Origin: Octopus sinensis
Taxonomy: Eukaryota
Assembly: GCF_006345805.1 (NCBI RefSeq)
Contig: NC_043002.1
Location: forward strand, 111,228,001-111,292,000
Direction of reading: 5' to 3'
Length of the DNA stretch: 64,000 nt
The notes under the pieces are model-generated. The model ran no database searches. It was not told the origin of the DNA and saw only the letters and a program-made list of their open reading frames with translations. Position 1 is the stretch's first letter. Each line of letters begins with the position of its first letter. The translations under genes and the position numbers were made by a program. Of the stretch, positions 39,953 to 54,247 are shown in pieces.

Positions 39953-40500
39953 CATCATCATCATCATTTAGCGTCCGTTTTCCATGCTAGCATGGGTTGG
40001 ACGGTTCTACTGGGGTCTGTGAAGCCAGAAGGCTTCATCAGGCCCAGTCAAATCTGGCAGTGTTTCTACGGTTGGATGCCCTTCCTAACGCCAACCACTC
40101 CGTGAGTGTAGTGAGTGCTTTTTACGTGCCACCCGCACTGGTGCCAGACAGAGCTGGCAAACGGCCACGAACGGATGGTGCTTTTTATGTGCCACCGGCA
40201 CGAGGGCCAGGCGAGGCTGGCAACGGACACGAAACGGGGCGGTGCTGGCAACGGTCGCGAAACGGAAAGTTCTCTTACATGCCACCGGCACTGGTAACAC
40301 ATCTGCAATTTCCATTGATCGATTTCGATTCTGATCCTCACTTGCCTCAATGGGTCTTCACAAGCAGAGTTTCGACATGCCACCGGCACTGGTAGCACAT
40401 CCGCAATTTCCATTGATCGATTTCGATTCTGATCCTCACTTGCCTCAACACGTCTTCACAAGTAGAGTTTTGTGTCCCAAGAAGGGAAGGTATGCATACG
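39953..40500 (-). mobile_element. RTE-type LINE 3'UTR fragment with internal ~100-bp duplication
   Basis: Reverse complement of 12653-13313; gccaccggcactggta...cacttgcctcaa occurs twice. Confidence 0.8.
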
Positions 40501-40552
40501 TAGGCTGGCTCCATCCCATGTAGAAGGCCATGTAGATATATTCTTGAGAAAT

Positions 40553-40965
40553 AGGCGCAGGAGTGGCTGTGTGGTAAGTAGCTTGCTAACCAACCACATG
40601 GTTCAGGGTTCAGTCCCACTGCGTGGTATCTTGGGCAAGTGTCTTCTGCTACAGCTGCTGGCCGACGAATGCCTTGTGAGTGGATTTGGTAGACGGAAAC
40701 TGAAAGAAGCCCGTCGTATATACATATATATATATATATGTATGTGTGCGTGTATGTTTGTGTGTCTGTGTTTGTCCCCCTAGCATTGCTTGACAACCGA
40801 TGCTGGTGTGTTTACGTCCCCGTCACTTAGCGGTTCGGCAAAAGAGACCGATAGAATAAGTAGTACTGGACTTACAAAGAATAAGTCCCGAGGTCGATTT
40901 GCTCGATTAAAGGCGGTGCTCCAGCATGGCCGCAGTCAAAATGACCGAAACAAGTAAAAGAGTAA
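40553..40965 (+). mobile_element. SINE family B
   Basis: Full-length match. Confidence 0.88.
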
Positions 40966-42959
40966 ATAGCAGCACCAAGATCAGCCCTGTTGTCTTATGA
41001 GGATTAAACTTGAACTTAGTTTTTTCATAAAGCTAAACCTCATTAATTATCAGACTTAGAATATTTCCTAAGATTGAATAACATAATATTTGAGACATTT
41101 CTTAAAATCTGTGAATCTTTAGTCTATCAATGGCACTGTCATCTTGATGAAAGCTGGGTCTATGTGTTTCCTCATGCTACATTCGTGGACAAATAAATTC
41201 TTTTTGAATCTAAGCCTTCACTGATTGTGCCACAGGGTTTTTATATGAGAAGATGTAGGCATTGCAATTAAAAGATATTAGCCAATTAACTTATAAGTGC
41301 CAGTAAATCTTATCACAAGCCAAAAAGAGGTCATCTGTTTGGTTTTCAACACAAAAAAAACAAATATTTATATATAGCTGTTAGTGCCTTTTTTTCTTTT
41401 CTTACAAAGTACTGTGTAAATTTGAATTTTAAAAAATAATAATAGATTAAATTGTTTTTAACATTACATTTTACAATTTTGTCAATCAACAACAGATAAA
41501 TGGTTAATATTCAGTAATGACTATTGTTTGTGCTCCATCATTACCATTTTAAAGATACTTCTACTTACCAAAACCACCTCGCTGTAAATAGCTATCAGAG
41601 TAGTAGCTTAGTCGTAAATAGCTATCAGAGCAAGAGTAGTAGTTTACCACCATAGAACAATGTGGACACTGTATATGTGATGAATGCTGAAATAGATATA
41701 GCTTAGAGAATTGCTTTCATTACCACATTAAGATTTACCCTCATTGACTGAATATCAACTAAGAAGTCAGGCAATTAGTTCTGTTTATTATATTTACATG
41801 TGTGAGTGAATGTCTGATTAATGATATTTAAGTTCAAATATTAATGAATGTATACTAATTACAATTGAAATTTTTTAAAAATTTAATTTTTTAGTTATAT
41901 TTGTATATCATTCGTTTAAATACTTTATCAACTTAGTTATTTCCTGACTTAAAATATGTTCTATAATGTTTGACTATTTTCTTCAGCCCCAATTTCATCG
42001 TGGCATCCATTGTCTTGCCCACTGTTTTGCCTGGGTAAGGGGACATCCATCCTTTCTACATAGACCATGGATACTGACTGAAGCCTTATCTATATCAATT
42101 CCCATCAACTGTGCCTGCTGGTCCGTGCAGGTATTGTCTAACAATGTAGAGTATATCTATTGTGCAGTCCATGCCATCTGCACCGTATTCTCACCAATCT
42201 ATCTTGCTTTACATTCTTGGAGACTGCACTTTGCTTTTGCAATCTGTGGAGTGATATTTAAAATCCTTGTCTCTCCTTCACTCTCTCTGTATGTATGTAT
42301 ATATTCATCAATTTGTCATATATATATACATACACATACACACGCACACACACACATATTATTATAAATGCATAGTATTGAGCACATCTATTCCCAGAAC
42401 ACTTGTGTCAGTTCAATTTCAATTTGTTGCTATGGTATCAATTTTGCTATAATTATATATGCAACTTTAGCTTCTTTAATAACAAAATGAATTCGGCTTT
42501 TGTGTGTGTGTGGATTTTATTTTTAGTCTGGCTTTTAGCAAATTAGCACATAGTTTCTTTTGTCCTCAGTTGATGAAATGTCAGGATGTTGTTGCTAAAA
42601 TCCCAATAGAAAACAACAGTTTTCAACCAAATACTGTTTCCATCCCATTTACTTTTATGAAGCTAGATAAAGTGTAAAAGCAATTTTAACATCCTCTCAT
42701 TGAAAGTAATTATTACTATTCAGAACCATCCTTCATATAATGAAAATTTCTCCACTGATGAGAGTTACATTTTATCTGTGTGTGTGTGTGTCCATCGTGT
42801 CTTTACTTTGCTTAATCTAATGGTTATATGTGATAAAGATTGTTGAATGGTGTTAGACTGCTGTTAATAGGATGTTGAAAGCTTAATTGGACCATGGACT
42901 TATGAATTTCTGATGTGTGAGATTTCCATCATTGTTTCATTAATTTGTAATTGACTATT

Positions 42960-42990
<31 letters not shown>

Positions 42991-43514
42991 TTCCTTTTAA
43001 TTTGCTCACTTATTTTCTGATATCCAGATCATCATCATCATTTGTGTCCAGAAAGTTAACTATTTACCAAATATAAATTAACAAATCAATCTTCTAGTTA
43101 AAAACTCTGTGTTGTGAAAAACTTTTAAGATTATACAAACCAAATCTTGTTTGAATCAAATGATTTCTAAAATCACATAGTTGAGATTGAAAAATAATCA
43201 AAATAGTTAAGAATAATTATAAACAGCCAGTGAAACAAACATACTCTTGGATGGACAATAGTTTTTCAATGCCTTTGATCTAATTCCTTGTCATCTTTAA
43301 CCAAAGAATTTTCTTGGGTTCATATTTCATCTTTATTATTTCATCTGGTTCATTGGCAGTGTAGTAAAGCAAGTAAAGAAAAAAGGGAGATAGTTTGCAA
43401 AGGAACTTCTTCCAATTTAAATACTGAATGTAACAGTCATCTTTCTTAGATGCTAATCGTTTATCTCCAAAATAGAAGTCATAGAGATATAAAAGAACAT
43501 TAGTATAGAATGCC

Positions 43515-43897
43515 GCATGGCTGTGTGGTAAGTAGCTTGTTTACCAACCACATGGTCCCGGGTTCAGTCCCACTGCGTGGCACCTTGGTCAAGTGTCTTC
43601 TGCTATAGCCTCGGGCCGACCAAAGCCTTGTGAGTGGATTTGGTAGACGGAAACTGAAAGAAGCCTGTCGTATATATGTATATATATATGCGTTTGTGTG
43701 TGTGTGTTTGTCCCCCTAGTATTGCTTGACAACCGATGCTGGTGTGTTTATGTCTCTGTTACTTAGCGGTTCGGCAAAAGAGACCGATAGAATAAGTACT
43801 GGGCTTACTAAAGAATAAGTCCTGGGGTCGAGTTGCTCGATTAAAGGCGGTGCTCCAGCATGGCCGCTGTCAGATGACTGAAACGAGTAAAAGAGTA
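43515..43897 (+). mobile_element. SINE family B
   Basis: Near full-length match. Confidence 0.88.
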
Positions 43898-45712
43898 TGC
43901 GTTTCACTCATTGGTGCTAAGATCAAATCCTCTCACTTGGGAAAGGTGTTATCTAGTGGTGAAGTATATGTGGCATCTGGGTTTTTTTGGTGGGGGTTTT
44001 CAGCTTTGTCAGTTGAGGGAAGTAATGTACTTTAACTTAGATCCTAACTGTAATAGTGATTCAGTTTGAATTATTAATTTTACTGTATTTACACCAACAA
44101 CCTTTGCTTTATGAAACAACCTTTTTATTCCTTAGTGGCTGAATAACTGAAAAATAAAATCTATCTTGATAATAACATGATTGTAGTGGTGGTCATATTT
44201 CTCATGCTTTTCAATAGTTTTGATTTTAAAAAAGTAAATAATAACTGACTTTTAATTATTTTTGAGGAGGATATATTTCATTAATAGCTGTATTTTAGTA
44301 AAAGCTCCTGAAGAAATTATTTACTTCTTTGTATACTTTGGGTATTGTTACCATTATCAGGATAACCAATACTTCTGCCTGTTTATACATATCTCATCTG
44401 AAATTATTTTTAATCTCAACTTGATCTTTTATTAAAATTTCCTTTCTCTCAAAATGATAAATGCCTTGATTGTTTTTCTGGACAATTAAAAATTTATTTT
44501 CCTTAGCTAATTTTACATTAATGCAAAATCTCATTTAGAATTGTTTCTTTGGATATTTTTAATCTAGTATGCAGAATGTAAAAATTAATAATCAAATGCT
44601 TTTTGCTTAAATTGTCTCTAATTTATCTTAGTAAATTGCTTTCAATTTATCTGTTGTTTTCCAAATGGAAAATGAGTGGATTAAAATGGTTTGTAAAGAA
44701 TTCTTTTGTACTGTTTTTCTTTTTCTTTTTTTTCTATTTATTTATTTCTGTTGTCTCTATTGTTCTATTCTGGAATATTTTACTTGGAGCCATTTTCATC
44801 TGTAGTAATTTCTATTGGCCAAGTTAGAAATAGAGAAAAAAAATGTTATCTGCAGGTGACTTTTGAAATCTGTTGATTCAGCTGAGCTTGGCATGATTTC
44901 ATTGAATGTAAATGGCAGTTAGTGGTTTCTCTTGCAAAAGACCACAAAAAGCATCAAATTTAGAATGGTTCTATTTTGCTGTATTAATTTTTCTCTTTTT
45001 AGCAGGATTTCTCTCACTTCCCCCCATTATCACAAATGCTCAAATCATGCACAGTTCACATTATGCAGAGTTTCCCTTTGTGCCGATTCCATGCATTTCG
45101 CTGCTTTATGCACTCCCCTGCATTTTACAATCTGAGATGCCAGAAATACTTTGTTGTATTTATGTGTTCGTTTGTGCTTCTCAGATTGATTTTTTTCTCT
45201 TTTAATATTCTATTTACAGAGGGTTTCCCTTGAAACTGTAGAGTTGTTTCCTATTTAAATTACCAACTGGCATTGGAAAAATCACTTTAATTCATTATAC
45301 TCCAATTAATATATGTTCATTTTTTTTTCCTGCCCAACCACCTTCCTTTTCTCCTTCGCCTTATATTGCACTTTGATCCTTCTGAGCTGGAACATGAGAC
45401 AAGTTAGCTTGTTGGTTGAAGAAACCATTTCAATAATAGCACAAACTCTAAGCCAGTGAGAACTTCACCTGTCTATTGATTGATTTATTTATTTGCTCTA
45501 AGCTGACTCTCCTTGATTATTCCTTGCTTGTTGGTTTTTTTTGGTTTTTTTTGTGTGTTCCCCCTCCCACTATTCTTTTGCTGCTCCTTGAAATTATGTC
45601 AGTTAGTACACTGTTCAATTATTTTATTTAAAAATACAATTTAAAAAAGAAGCACTTAAAATATTCCATCATTTGAAAGTGTGTACAGGGGTGGGGTATA
45701 ATATAGATGGAT

Positions 45713-46092
45713 GGAAGCACTCCGTCGGTTACGACGATGAGGGTTCCGGTTGATCCGAATCAACGGAACAGCCTGCTTGTGAAATTAACGTGTAAGTGGC
45801 TGAGCACTCCACAGACACGTGTACCCTTAACGTAGTTCTCGGGATATTCAGCATGACACAGAGAGTGACAAGGCCGGCCCTTTGAAATACAGGTACAACA
45901 GAAACAGGAAGTAAGAGTGAGAGAAAGTTGTGGTGAAAGAGTACAGCAGGGATCACCACCATCCCTGCCGGAGCATCGTGGAGCTTTAGGTGTTTTCGCT
46001 CAATAAACACTCACAACGCTCGGTCTGGGAATCGAAACCGCAATCCTACGACCGCAAGTTCGCTGCCCTAACCACTGGGCCATTGCGCCTCC
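45713..46092 (-). mobile_element. SINE family A
   Basis: Full-length reverse complement of 18539-18923. Confidence 0.9.
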
Positions 46093-46982
46093 ACAATGTA
46101 TCTAGTATTTATGCGAAGAATGAGCAGCTTAACTAGTGCTTTTCATTGGCTGACTATATGTGTATCTAATGGATTGCAGCCTTTAATGAGTATTAGGATA
46201 TAAAAAAAACTATACATATGTTATGCATATGTGACATCTATGTATATTTGTTTACAATTCCAATAATCATTTGGCCTGAACAGGAATGCAACCAACACAT
46301 TCTACAGATTTCAAGCCTAAAAGCACATTCATCATCCTAGTTTAACATCCATTTTCCATGCTGGCATGGGTTGTATGGTTTGATATGGAGCTGGCCAAAC
46401 TCCAAATGTCTGTTGTGACATGATTTCTACAGCTGGGTGTCTTTCCTAATGCCAACCACTTAACAGAGTAGGCTGGGTGCCTCTTACGTGCCACCAGCAT
46501 GGGTGCATTTACGCAACACCAGCACAGGTCATGTGACATTGGCATTTGAAAGGAAGACGGCAATCTTACTTAGCTTCACATGTCTTTTCAAGTACAGTAA
46601 ATTGCCACAATTCCCAGCTCCTTGTTTCCTCAGTGAGACCAGAAATCAGTAATAACAATGACAAAACTGAGACTACATCAAACATGGAATTGACAAAGAT
46701 GCAGCCATATTGCTTGCATATACATACATAGGCTATTCACCCTCTCTAGTGTATTTGCATGTGTAATAAACATATTTTATATATGTATTATAGTCATTTA
46801 ATGTCCCTTTTTATATGCTGATATAATGAGTCAACATAATCCATGTCAGTTGTCCTTTGGAAAAACTACCCTATGAAACAGATTAGGGACCATGTGATGC
46901 TTGTATATCCCATTTTGGATATGGTTTCTCTGCCTTGATATCATCTTTAATACTACTCACTTAAGAGTTTATTTGATTATAC

Positions 46983-47215
46983 CTATTTCTTTATTACCCA
47001 CAAGGGGCTAAACATAGAGGGGACAAACAAGGACAGACATAGGTATTAAGTTGATTATATCGACCCCCAGTGCGTAACTGGTACTTATTTAATCGACCCC
47101 GAAAGGATGAAAGGCAAAGTTGACCTCGGCGAAATTTGAACTCAGAACGTAACGGCAGACGAAATACCGCAAAGAATTTCGTCCGGCGTGCTAACGTTTC
47201 TGCCAGCTCGCCGCC
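46983..47215 (-). mobile_element. SINE family C
   Basis: Full-length reverse complement. Confidence 0.88.
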
Positions 47216-47588
47216 TTGATTATACCACCGGCACTTTGTTGGGAGGGGTGCCCGATGTTGTCTCTGTTCTTTCATTTATTACATCATATATTCATTCGTG
47301 TGTAAATACACTCACACATATTACATATACGTGTCATGGCCATTTTACATTCATTCCATGCTGTGGCATGGGTTAGAGGAGTTGTCATGTTCCAAGCCAT
47401 CTGCCATTGGGAGATAGAACTAATGACTGGCCATTCATACCTGTCATTTAGTATGCACATTTCAAGTGATTACATAGTGACTGGTTTCGTAGTTATCTAC
47501 TTTCTTCCATTTGTTTCTGGTGAAATACACTGGTAGTTTCACACTTGTTTCTTTATAAACGTAAGCAAAACCACCGAAAAAAAAACGT

Positions 47589-47989
47589 AGGCGCAGGAGT
47601 GGCTGTGTGGTAAGTAGCTTGCTAACCAACCACATGATTCCGGGTTCAGTCCCACTGCGTGGCATCTTGGGCAAGTGTTTTCTGCTATAGGCCCGGGTCG
47701 ACCAATGCCTTGTGGGTGGATTTGGTAGACGGAAACTGAAAGAAGCCTGTCGTATATATGTATATGTATATATATGTATGTGTTTGTGTGTCTGTGTTTG
47801 TCCCCCTAGCATTGCTTGACAACCGATGCTGGTGTGTTTACATCCCCGTCACTTAGCGGTTCGGCAAAAGAGACTGATAGAATAAGTATTGGGCTTACAA
47901 AAAGAATAAGTCCCGGGGTCGATTTTCTCGACTAAAGGCGGTGCTCCAGCATGGCCGCAGTCAAATGACTAAAACAAGTAAAAGAGTAA
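47589..47989 (+). mobile_element. SINE family B
   Basis: Full-length match. Confidence 0.88.
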
Positions 47990-50100
47990 AGTGCTTAGCA
48001 GCATTTCATCTGTCTCCATGTTCTGAGTTCAAATCCCACCAAGGTCGACTTTGCCTTTCATCCTTTCAGGGTCAATAAAATAAGTACCAGTTGAATATTG
48101 AGGCCAATGTAATTGACTTCACTGAAATTGGTAGCCTTGTGCCAAAATTTGAAATCAGTATTAGTTCTTTGTCATAACCAATGTCAGCCCTAACTGAGCA
48201 AGGTCTTGGATTAATCCTTTAACATTTAATCTGGCCATATCCAGCCCAAATACCCTACCTGTTTTATGTCCAAACAATCATATCATTGAAATCTCGAAGC
48301 TACAAGGTAATGCATGATTAGTTCAAAGCAATGTGACCGGATAAGTATTACATTTGATAGAGTAATCGGAATGTCGAAGGGTTATAGGTGTTCCAGCTGT
48401 GGCCATCCCAACATGTTTCTTTTCATTTCAGGCATATGCCTTGGACCATATTAACCATTGTTAGAAAGTAACACAATTTTAATTACTTAAAAGATTGAGA
48501 GACTTCATCAAAGGAGCACTTATGAAAATAAAAATATAAAGTAAAAGAACAACAAGCAAAAGAATAACATATTCTAAACATTTGAATGTTTGTCGTGTAT
48601 TTTCCCTTTTCATGCTGTGCAAGTTTATCTTAGAATTTTTCTTTCTTTCTTCAATCAATAACACTGGAAAAAAATATCAACCCAATTTTGAATATATCAC
48701 ATGGATATTGTTCCTGTGATTGATTCTGGTACTCAACAGCTGCAAGATGCATCTTTTGTGTTCTAAATACTTAGCAAAGTTTTAGTTTAAAAGAATCTAG
48801 AATATATTATTTTGTATCAACCTTTGGTCATCTGTTTGATTTATGGAGAGTATCGTACTTAAAAAGAAAAAATCCCTCATATTTTAATTAAATCTGTCTT
48901 ATTTCATCTTACACAAAACAAGATTGTGTGTGTGAGAGAGGGAGGGAGAGAGAGAGAGTGAGTGAGTGAGTGAGAGAGAGAGAGAGATTAACTGGGTTGC
49001 TAACATAGACATTTCTTCAGTATAGCTGCATTTATTATACTCTCTCTCTCCATCATCATGATTCCTCTCATTTTATCAACTTACTTTGAAAATATATTTT
49101 ACTATTCATGTGACTGATATAGGCAGCTGAGTCTATTGTTAGAAGAAAAATCACACTAAAACGGCTAAATTTATTAAGTAAAAAAGAAATATTTTTTTCT
49201 CTATGAAAATTTTAATATAGGTTCAAATCTTAGCAACATACCATGCTATATATTTAATTAAATTCTTTTACTTATACAGTTGGTTGCACAAGGACTTTTA
49301 TATCTATTTGAAAATTTATTTCTTTTATCATGAATCTTTATTAGGAATGATTTTCCTTTCATCATTCTTTCTTCTTTTTTTTTTTTTTTTTTTTTTTTTT
49401 AGATTTTGTTCAATTCTTCTTCTTCTTCTTCTATCATTATTATTATTAATTTTCTGCTACTGATTATATGCTGGCCTAAGCTGCTTTGTTCTGATTTCAA
49501 ATCTTGCCAAGTCTGATGACCTTTTATCTCTCATAGGGTTAATTGACTCTATTCCGCTCACCTGCAAAATTGTTCCAGTGTCAGAATTTATTGGCAAGCT
49601 GACTAAAACTGGTTAAAGTGTTGGCGGGAAATGCCTTGCAGTATTTGTTCCTGTTTATTACATTCTGAATTCAAAACCTGCTATAGTCAATGGTATCAGA
49701 AAACTTAGGATCAATGTAATTCATTAACCATCTCCCTCTAAAATTACTAGCCTTATGCTTAAATTAAACATTGACAGTCATTTCTGCTACTGATTATATG
49801 CTGGCCTAAACTGCTTTGTTCTGATTTCAAATCTTGCCTTATACAGAATACCTATAGACCATGCCTAAATATTCATCTACTTCCTGGTCATATGTCTGTT
49901 CAAGGCTGATTAAGGATACACAACAAGAAAGAAAACTGTTACCATTATTCTCATTTGCTTAACACTAGTGAATCCTTTTATCCTATTTCATCTTGTTAGC
50001 TTTTTATATATACACAGACTTCACTTATGTTGTGTTCTTCAAAGATTGGCTTATCAACCCAATATCCAATTCTTTCTCAGCACTGTTAGCTAACAAAACC

Positions 50101-50331
50101 TATTTCTTTACTACCCACAAGGGGCTAAACACAGAGGGGACAAACAAGGACAGGCATAGGTATTAAGTTGATTACATCGACCCCAGTGGGTAACTGGTAC
50201 TTAATTTATTGACCCCCAAAAGGATGAAAGGTAAAGTAGACCTCGGCGGAATTTGAACTCAGAACGTAACGGCAGACGAAATACCACTAAGCATTTCGCC
50301 CGGTGTGATAACGGTTCTGCCAGCTCGCCGC
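50101..50331 (-). mobile_element. SINE family C
   Basis: TSD ctaacaaaacctattt on both sides. Confidence 0.9.
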
Positions 50332-51108
50332 CTAACAAAACCTATTTAATTATGTTGCTAGTTATAAAGCTGAGGTGTACCACTGGCGTAGTACTTTTTT
50401 TAGAGTTACATTAATTTTTTTGTAGTTGAATCAGGGACTAAAGCAGTTCAGACTCCCTGAAATTGGTTGAGAGGGGATTTAAGCTGCAGCCATAAGAAAC
50501 TGCACCAAGGTTTTTGAGTTCTCTTCAGATCAAACCCAAACCTATGTTTGCACCAGAGTAGACTTGTCTGTTGAAAATCCATGTGTTTTTTGCAACTGAA
50601 GATAGCACTGTATTTAAATTGATGTAATGCTTGCATTGTTCAATTAAAGGATTTACTCTGCTACTCAGAGAGAACTGTACTTGGTTATTGTGAGTGATGT
50701 GTCTTAGCTATAGACACAGCTCTGTGTTGGTGACGGGATACAAGGTGAATATTTATGTTACAACAGAAATTGTTAAAGGGGAAAAAAATTCAGTTTTCTT
50801 ACAGGTGCAAACCATTTAATTTTTAGTTAGATTTATTCGTCAGATATTTTAATACACATCTCTGGTTGACAATTGTGAGCATGTAAAAAAGGCTTGATTA
50901 GACAAACATTGAATTTGAGTTTAGACTTTCTGGAATCTACTTCTCTGCGAGCATGACTGATTTTTGTTTTTTAAATATGCATTGTAATCTTAGGATATTG
51001 TTTTTCCAGGATTTTTGTTGTCACCTAGATAGCTCTTTCTTCTCTTTGTATAAGCACTTGGGTTTTCAGCATTCTGCTTTTAAGCATTTGTCTTAACTTC
51101 AACATCTT

Positions 51109-51480
51109 AACCACATGGTTCCGGGTTCAGTCCCACTGCATGGCACCTTGGGCAAGTGTCTTCTACTATAGCCTCGGGCCGACCAAAGTCTTGTGAGTGG
51201 ATTTGGTAGACGGAAACTGAAAGAAGCCCGTCGTATATATGTATATATATATATATATGCGTGCGTGTGTTTGTGTCTCTGTTTGTCCTCCTAGCATTGC
51301 TTGACAACCGATGCTGGTGTGTTTATGTCCCCGTTACTTAGCGGTTCGGCAAAAGAGACCGATAGAATAAGTACTGGGCTTACAAAAGAATAAGTCCCGG
51401 GGTCGAGTTGCTCGATTAAAGGCGGTGCTCCAGCATGGCCACAGTCAAATGACTGAAACAAGTAAAAGAATAAAAGAATA
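51109..51480 (+). mobile_element. SINE family B, 5'-truncated
   Basis: Starts at aaccacatggttcc. Confidence 0.88.
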
Positions 51481-51819
51481 AAACAACTTTTCTAAGTAAT
51501 ATTTATTAGATCAATGACTGTGTGTCACTTAGGAAATTATCCTTTCGAATGAGTGTTTAACAACACCATCTCAGCCAAACAGTTATTCTGTGCCGACAAA
51601 AAGGAATAACCTTGAAACCATGTGTCCACAGATGCTGCTTTGTGCTGGGTGGGGGTGCTAAACTCCCCCTTTCGAAAATATAAGGACACAAATCATGTGT
51701 CGTATAGCCAGCTGGAGACGATGTCTCCTAGGGCTAAACAACAGTAGCATTTGTCCCAAGCGGTACTACCACATTAGGTTGGCAAAACTTTTCTCTGTGT
51801 TTCCAGTACATTTCAGTAT

Positions 51820-51933
<114 letters not shown>

Positions 51934-52711
51934 AATACATTTCCAACTGTCTGTAATTTACAAAGTAAATTAAGAAATACTTTTTCATTCTGAATGATTT
52001 ATTTGAAACAGTTATTAGAAATCACCCTCTTTGCTTTGAGGCCTCTCAGAGTAATTTATGTCAGAGATTTAATAAAACTATTAGCTTTTTGGCTGCTAAT
52101 CTGAATATGTTGGGGTCGGTTGGTGGCATTGCACTGTACAGTAGTAACACTGGAAGTTTGGGGCTGGCTGGCCGGCTGGTGGAAATAGTGATGTTGTTGG
52201 TGGATAGTATTGAAAACTATAAAGGAATGTCGGATTTTTTTATTATTAATTTTGATGTGATTTATTGTTATTGGGTTTAGTTGTCAATGGTACATGTAGT
52301 TGTTGTTGTTGTTGTTGTTGTGGAGGAGGAAGAGGAATGGTGAAGGTAAATGTGTAAAAAATTCTATGTCAGCAGCTTCGTTTAATCAGTCAGCCTGTCA
52401 ATCATTTAATATAATTTCAACCCCAGTTGTTTATCTGTATGTATTTCTGTGAAAATATTTCTAAGTATAACTCACACACACACACACACACACACTATAA
52501 TAGAATTGATAATATTTTTGTGTCACTGTTAATTTTAGGTACAATATTCACTTTTGGAGTTCCCTCCAGGAAAACATTACCAAAAGACATGCATACACAC
52601 ATTTGTAGATATGTATAAGTTCATGATTGCTTAGAATATTTTAACTTTAAGTGATAAGTATTTCCCTACTAGCCATAAATATAAGAAATTATTCAATAGG
52701 GGAAACCTTAA

Positions 52712-52932
52712 CCCTTTCATTACTGAATTTATTTAGAGATGCTCTGTGTTTCTTTCAATTGTTTTAAATATAACACAGAATTTAGTAAAATAACTTCGTT
52801 ATCATTAAGCTAGTGTTAGGAACATAAATTGCAAATAAGATTTGGTGGAAGATTTTAATTCAAAACTTATGAAAACAAGACATTTATATTGAAGATCCAG
52901 AGCTGGTTTCAGCCGGGTTGGTAACAAAAGGG
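52712..52932 (-). mobile_element. piggyBac-like MITE family D
   Basis: TTAA TSD; the empty site ccttaagttaa is seen in the duplicate at about 53410. Confidence 0.9.
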
Positions 52933-53128
52933 TTAAGTTAAAGCTCCTCTGACTACATGAAGAATTTGGTAACTCAAAAGCCACCCAAATTAGCTAATGT
53001 TAAGTATACATTCAGAAATAAAAAGATAAGTTCATTCATTCACTACATGGCAGTCATATATGAAGCAGAGGTCAGCACCACCAAACCTTAAAGTAGTATA
53101 CACTTTATAAGTATGACTGTTGTACTAA

Positions 53129-53349
53129 CCTTTTCGTTACCAACCCGGCTGAAACCGGCTCTGGCTCTGTTGTACAAATGTCTTGTTTCCATAAGTTTTA
53201 AATTAATATCTTCCACCAAACCTTCATCACAATTTATGTTCCTAATACAAGCTGAATGGTAACTAAGTTATTTTACTAAATTCTTTGTTATATTTAAAGT
53301 AATTGAAAGAAACACAGAGCATCTCAAAATAAATAGAGTAACGAAAGGG
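53129..53349 (+). mobile_element. piggyBac-like MITE family D at the duplication junction
   Basis: ctaa|ccttttcgttacc...ggg|ttaa. Confidence 0.88.
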
Positions 53350-54105
53350 TTAAGTGATAAGTATTCCCCTACTAGCCATAAATATAAGAAATTATTCAAT
53401 AGGGGAAACCTTAAGTTAACGCTCCTCTGACTACATGAAGGATCTGGTAACTCAAAAGCCACCCAAATTAGCTAATGTTAAGTATACATTCAGAAATAAA
53501 AAGATAAGTTCATTCATTCACTACATGGCAGTCATATATGAAGCAGAGGTCAGCACCACCAAACCTTTAAGTAGTATACACTTTATAAGTATGACTGTTG
53601 TACTTTAACCATATTCTCAATTTTAGATAGACACAAAAGTGAAGTGTAAAGAAATTCATTACATTTGTTGATTGAAAGGAACTTTGACTATATCAACTGA
53701 AAAATCATAAAGAGACTGAGACCACTTGGAAACAGGAAATAGAAGTTGAGATCTATGGACAGCTGAAAACAACATCGTTCTTGAATACCTAGCATAGTTA
53801 CGCTAACCTTTTAAATGCAAGATCTGAGATTTTGCAAAAAGGCAGACACTCTGACAAGCATTTATTGCAACACTAGATTTCATTATCGCCACCAAACAAA
53901 TAACACCCACTAACTTCCCATTCAGCTAAGTAGAGCTTCCTCCATTTTCTCTTGACATCACTAAACCTGTGCAATTAGACTTAATATTTAATATGCACAT
54001 GCACAATACATTTTTTACTTCATGCAAATATGTAAGCTTGTGTGCGTGTGCATTTATATAGATAGATAGACAGATAGATATAAACACATGACCAATAAGT
54101 ACTGT

Positions 54106-54247
54106 TGTCATAGTAACGAAACTAAAGCACTCAGAGTGAAGCCATTTGGCACACTCACCTTCAAATCAGAGGATGTGCAGATTAGTTACGGTTCAGTTCA
54201 GTCCATTATTACTGAAGATTTGGGTATGAGACACATGTCTGCCAAGT
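54106..54247 (+). mobile_element. Mariner-type transposon deletion remnant
   Basis: EDVQISYGSVQSIITEDLGMRHMSAK resembles the mariner HTH-to-WVP linker; the 5' part matches 56002-56048. Confidence 0.7.

Noticed and set aside
46546-46731. Ser/Thr/Asn-rich ORF as a linker exon
   Set aside because: No donor before the stop; adjoins a decayed repeat.
44850-50810. AG|GT recursive-splice-like sites (ctgcag|gtgact near 44853; cttacag|gtgcaa near 50804)
   Set aside because: Weak donor halves; expected by chance in 32 kb.
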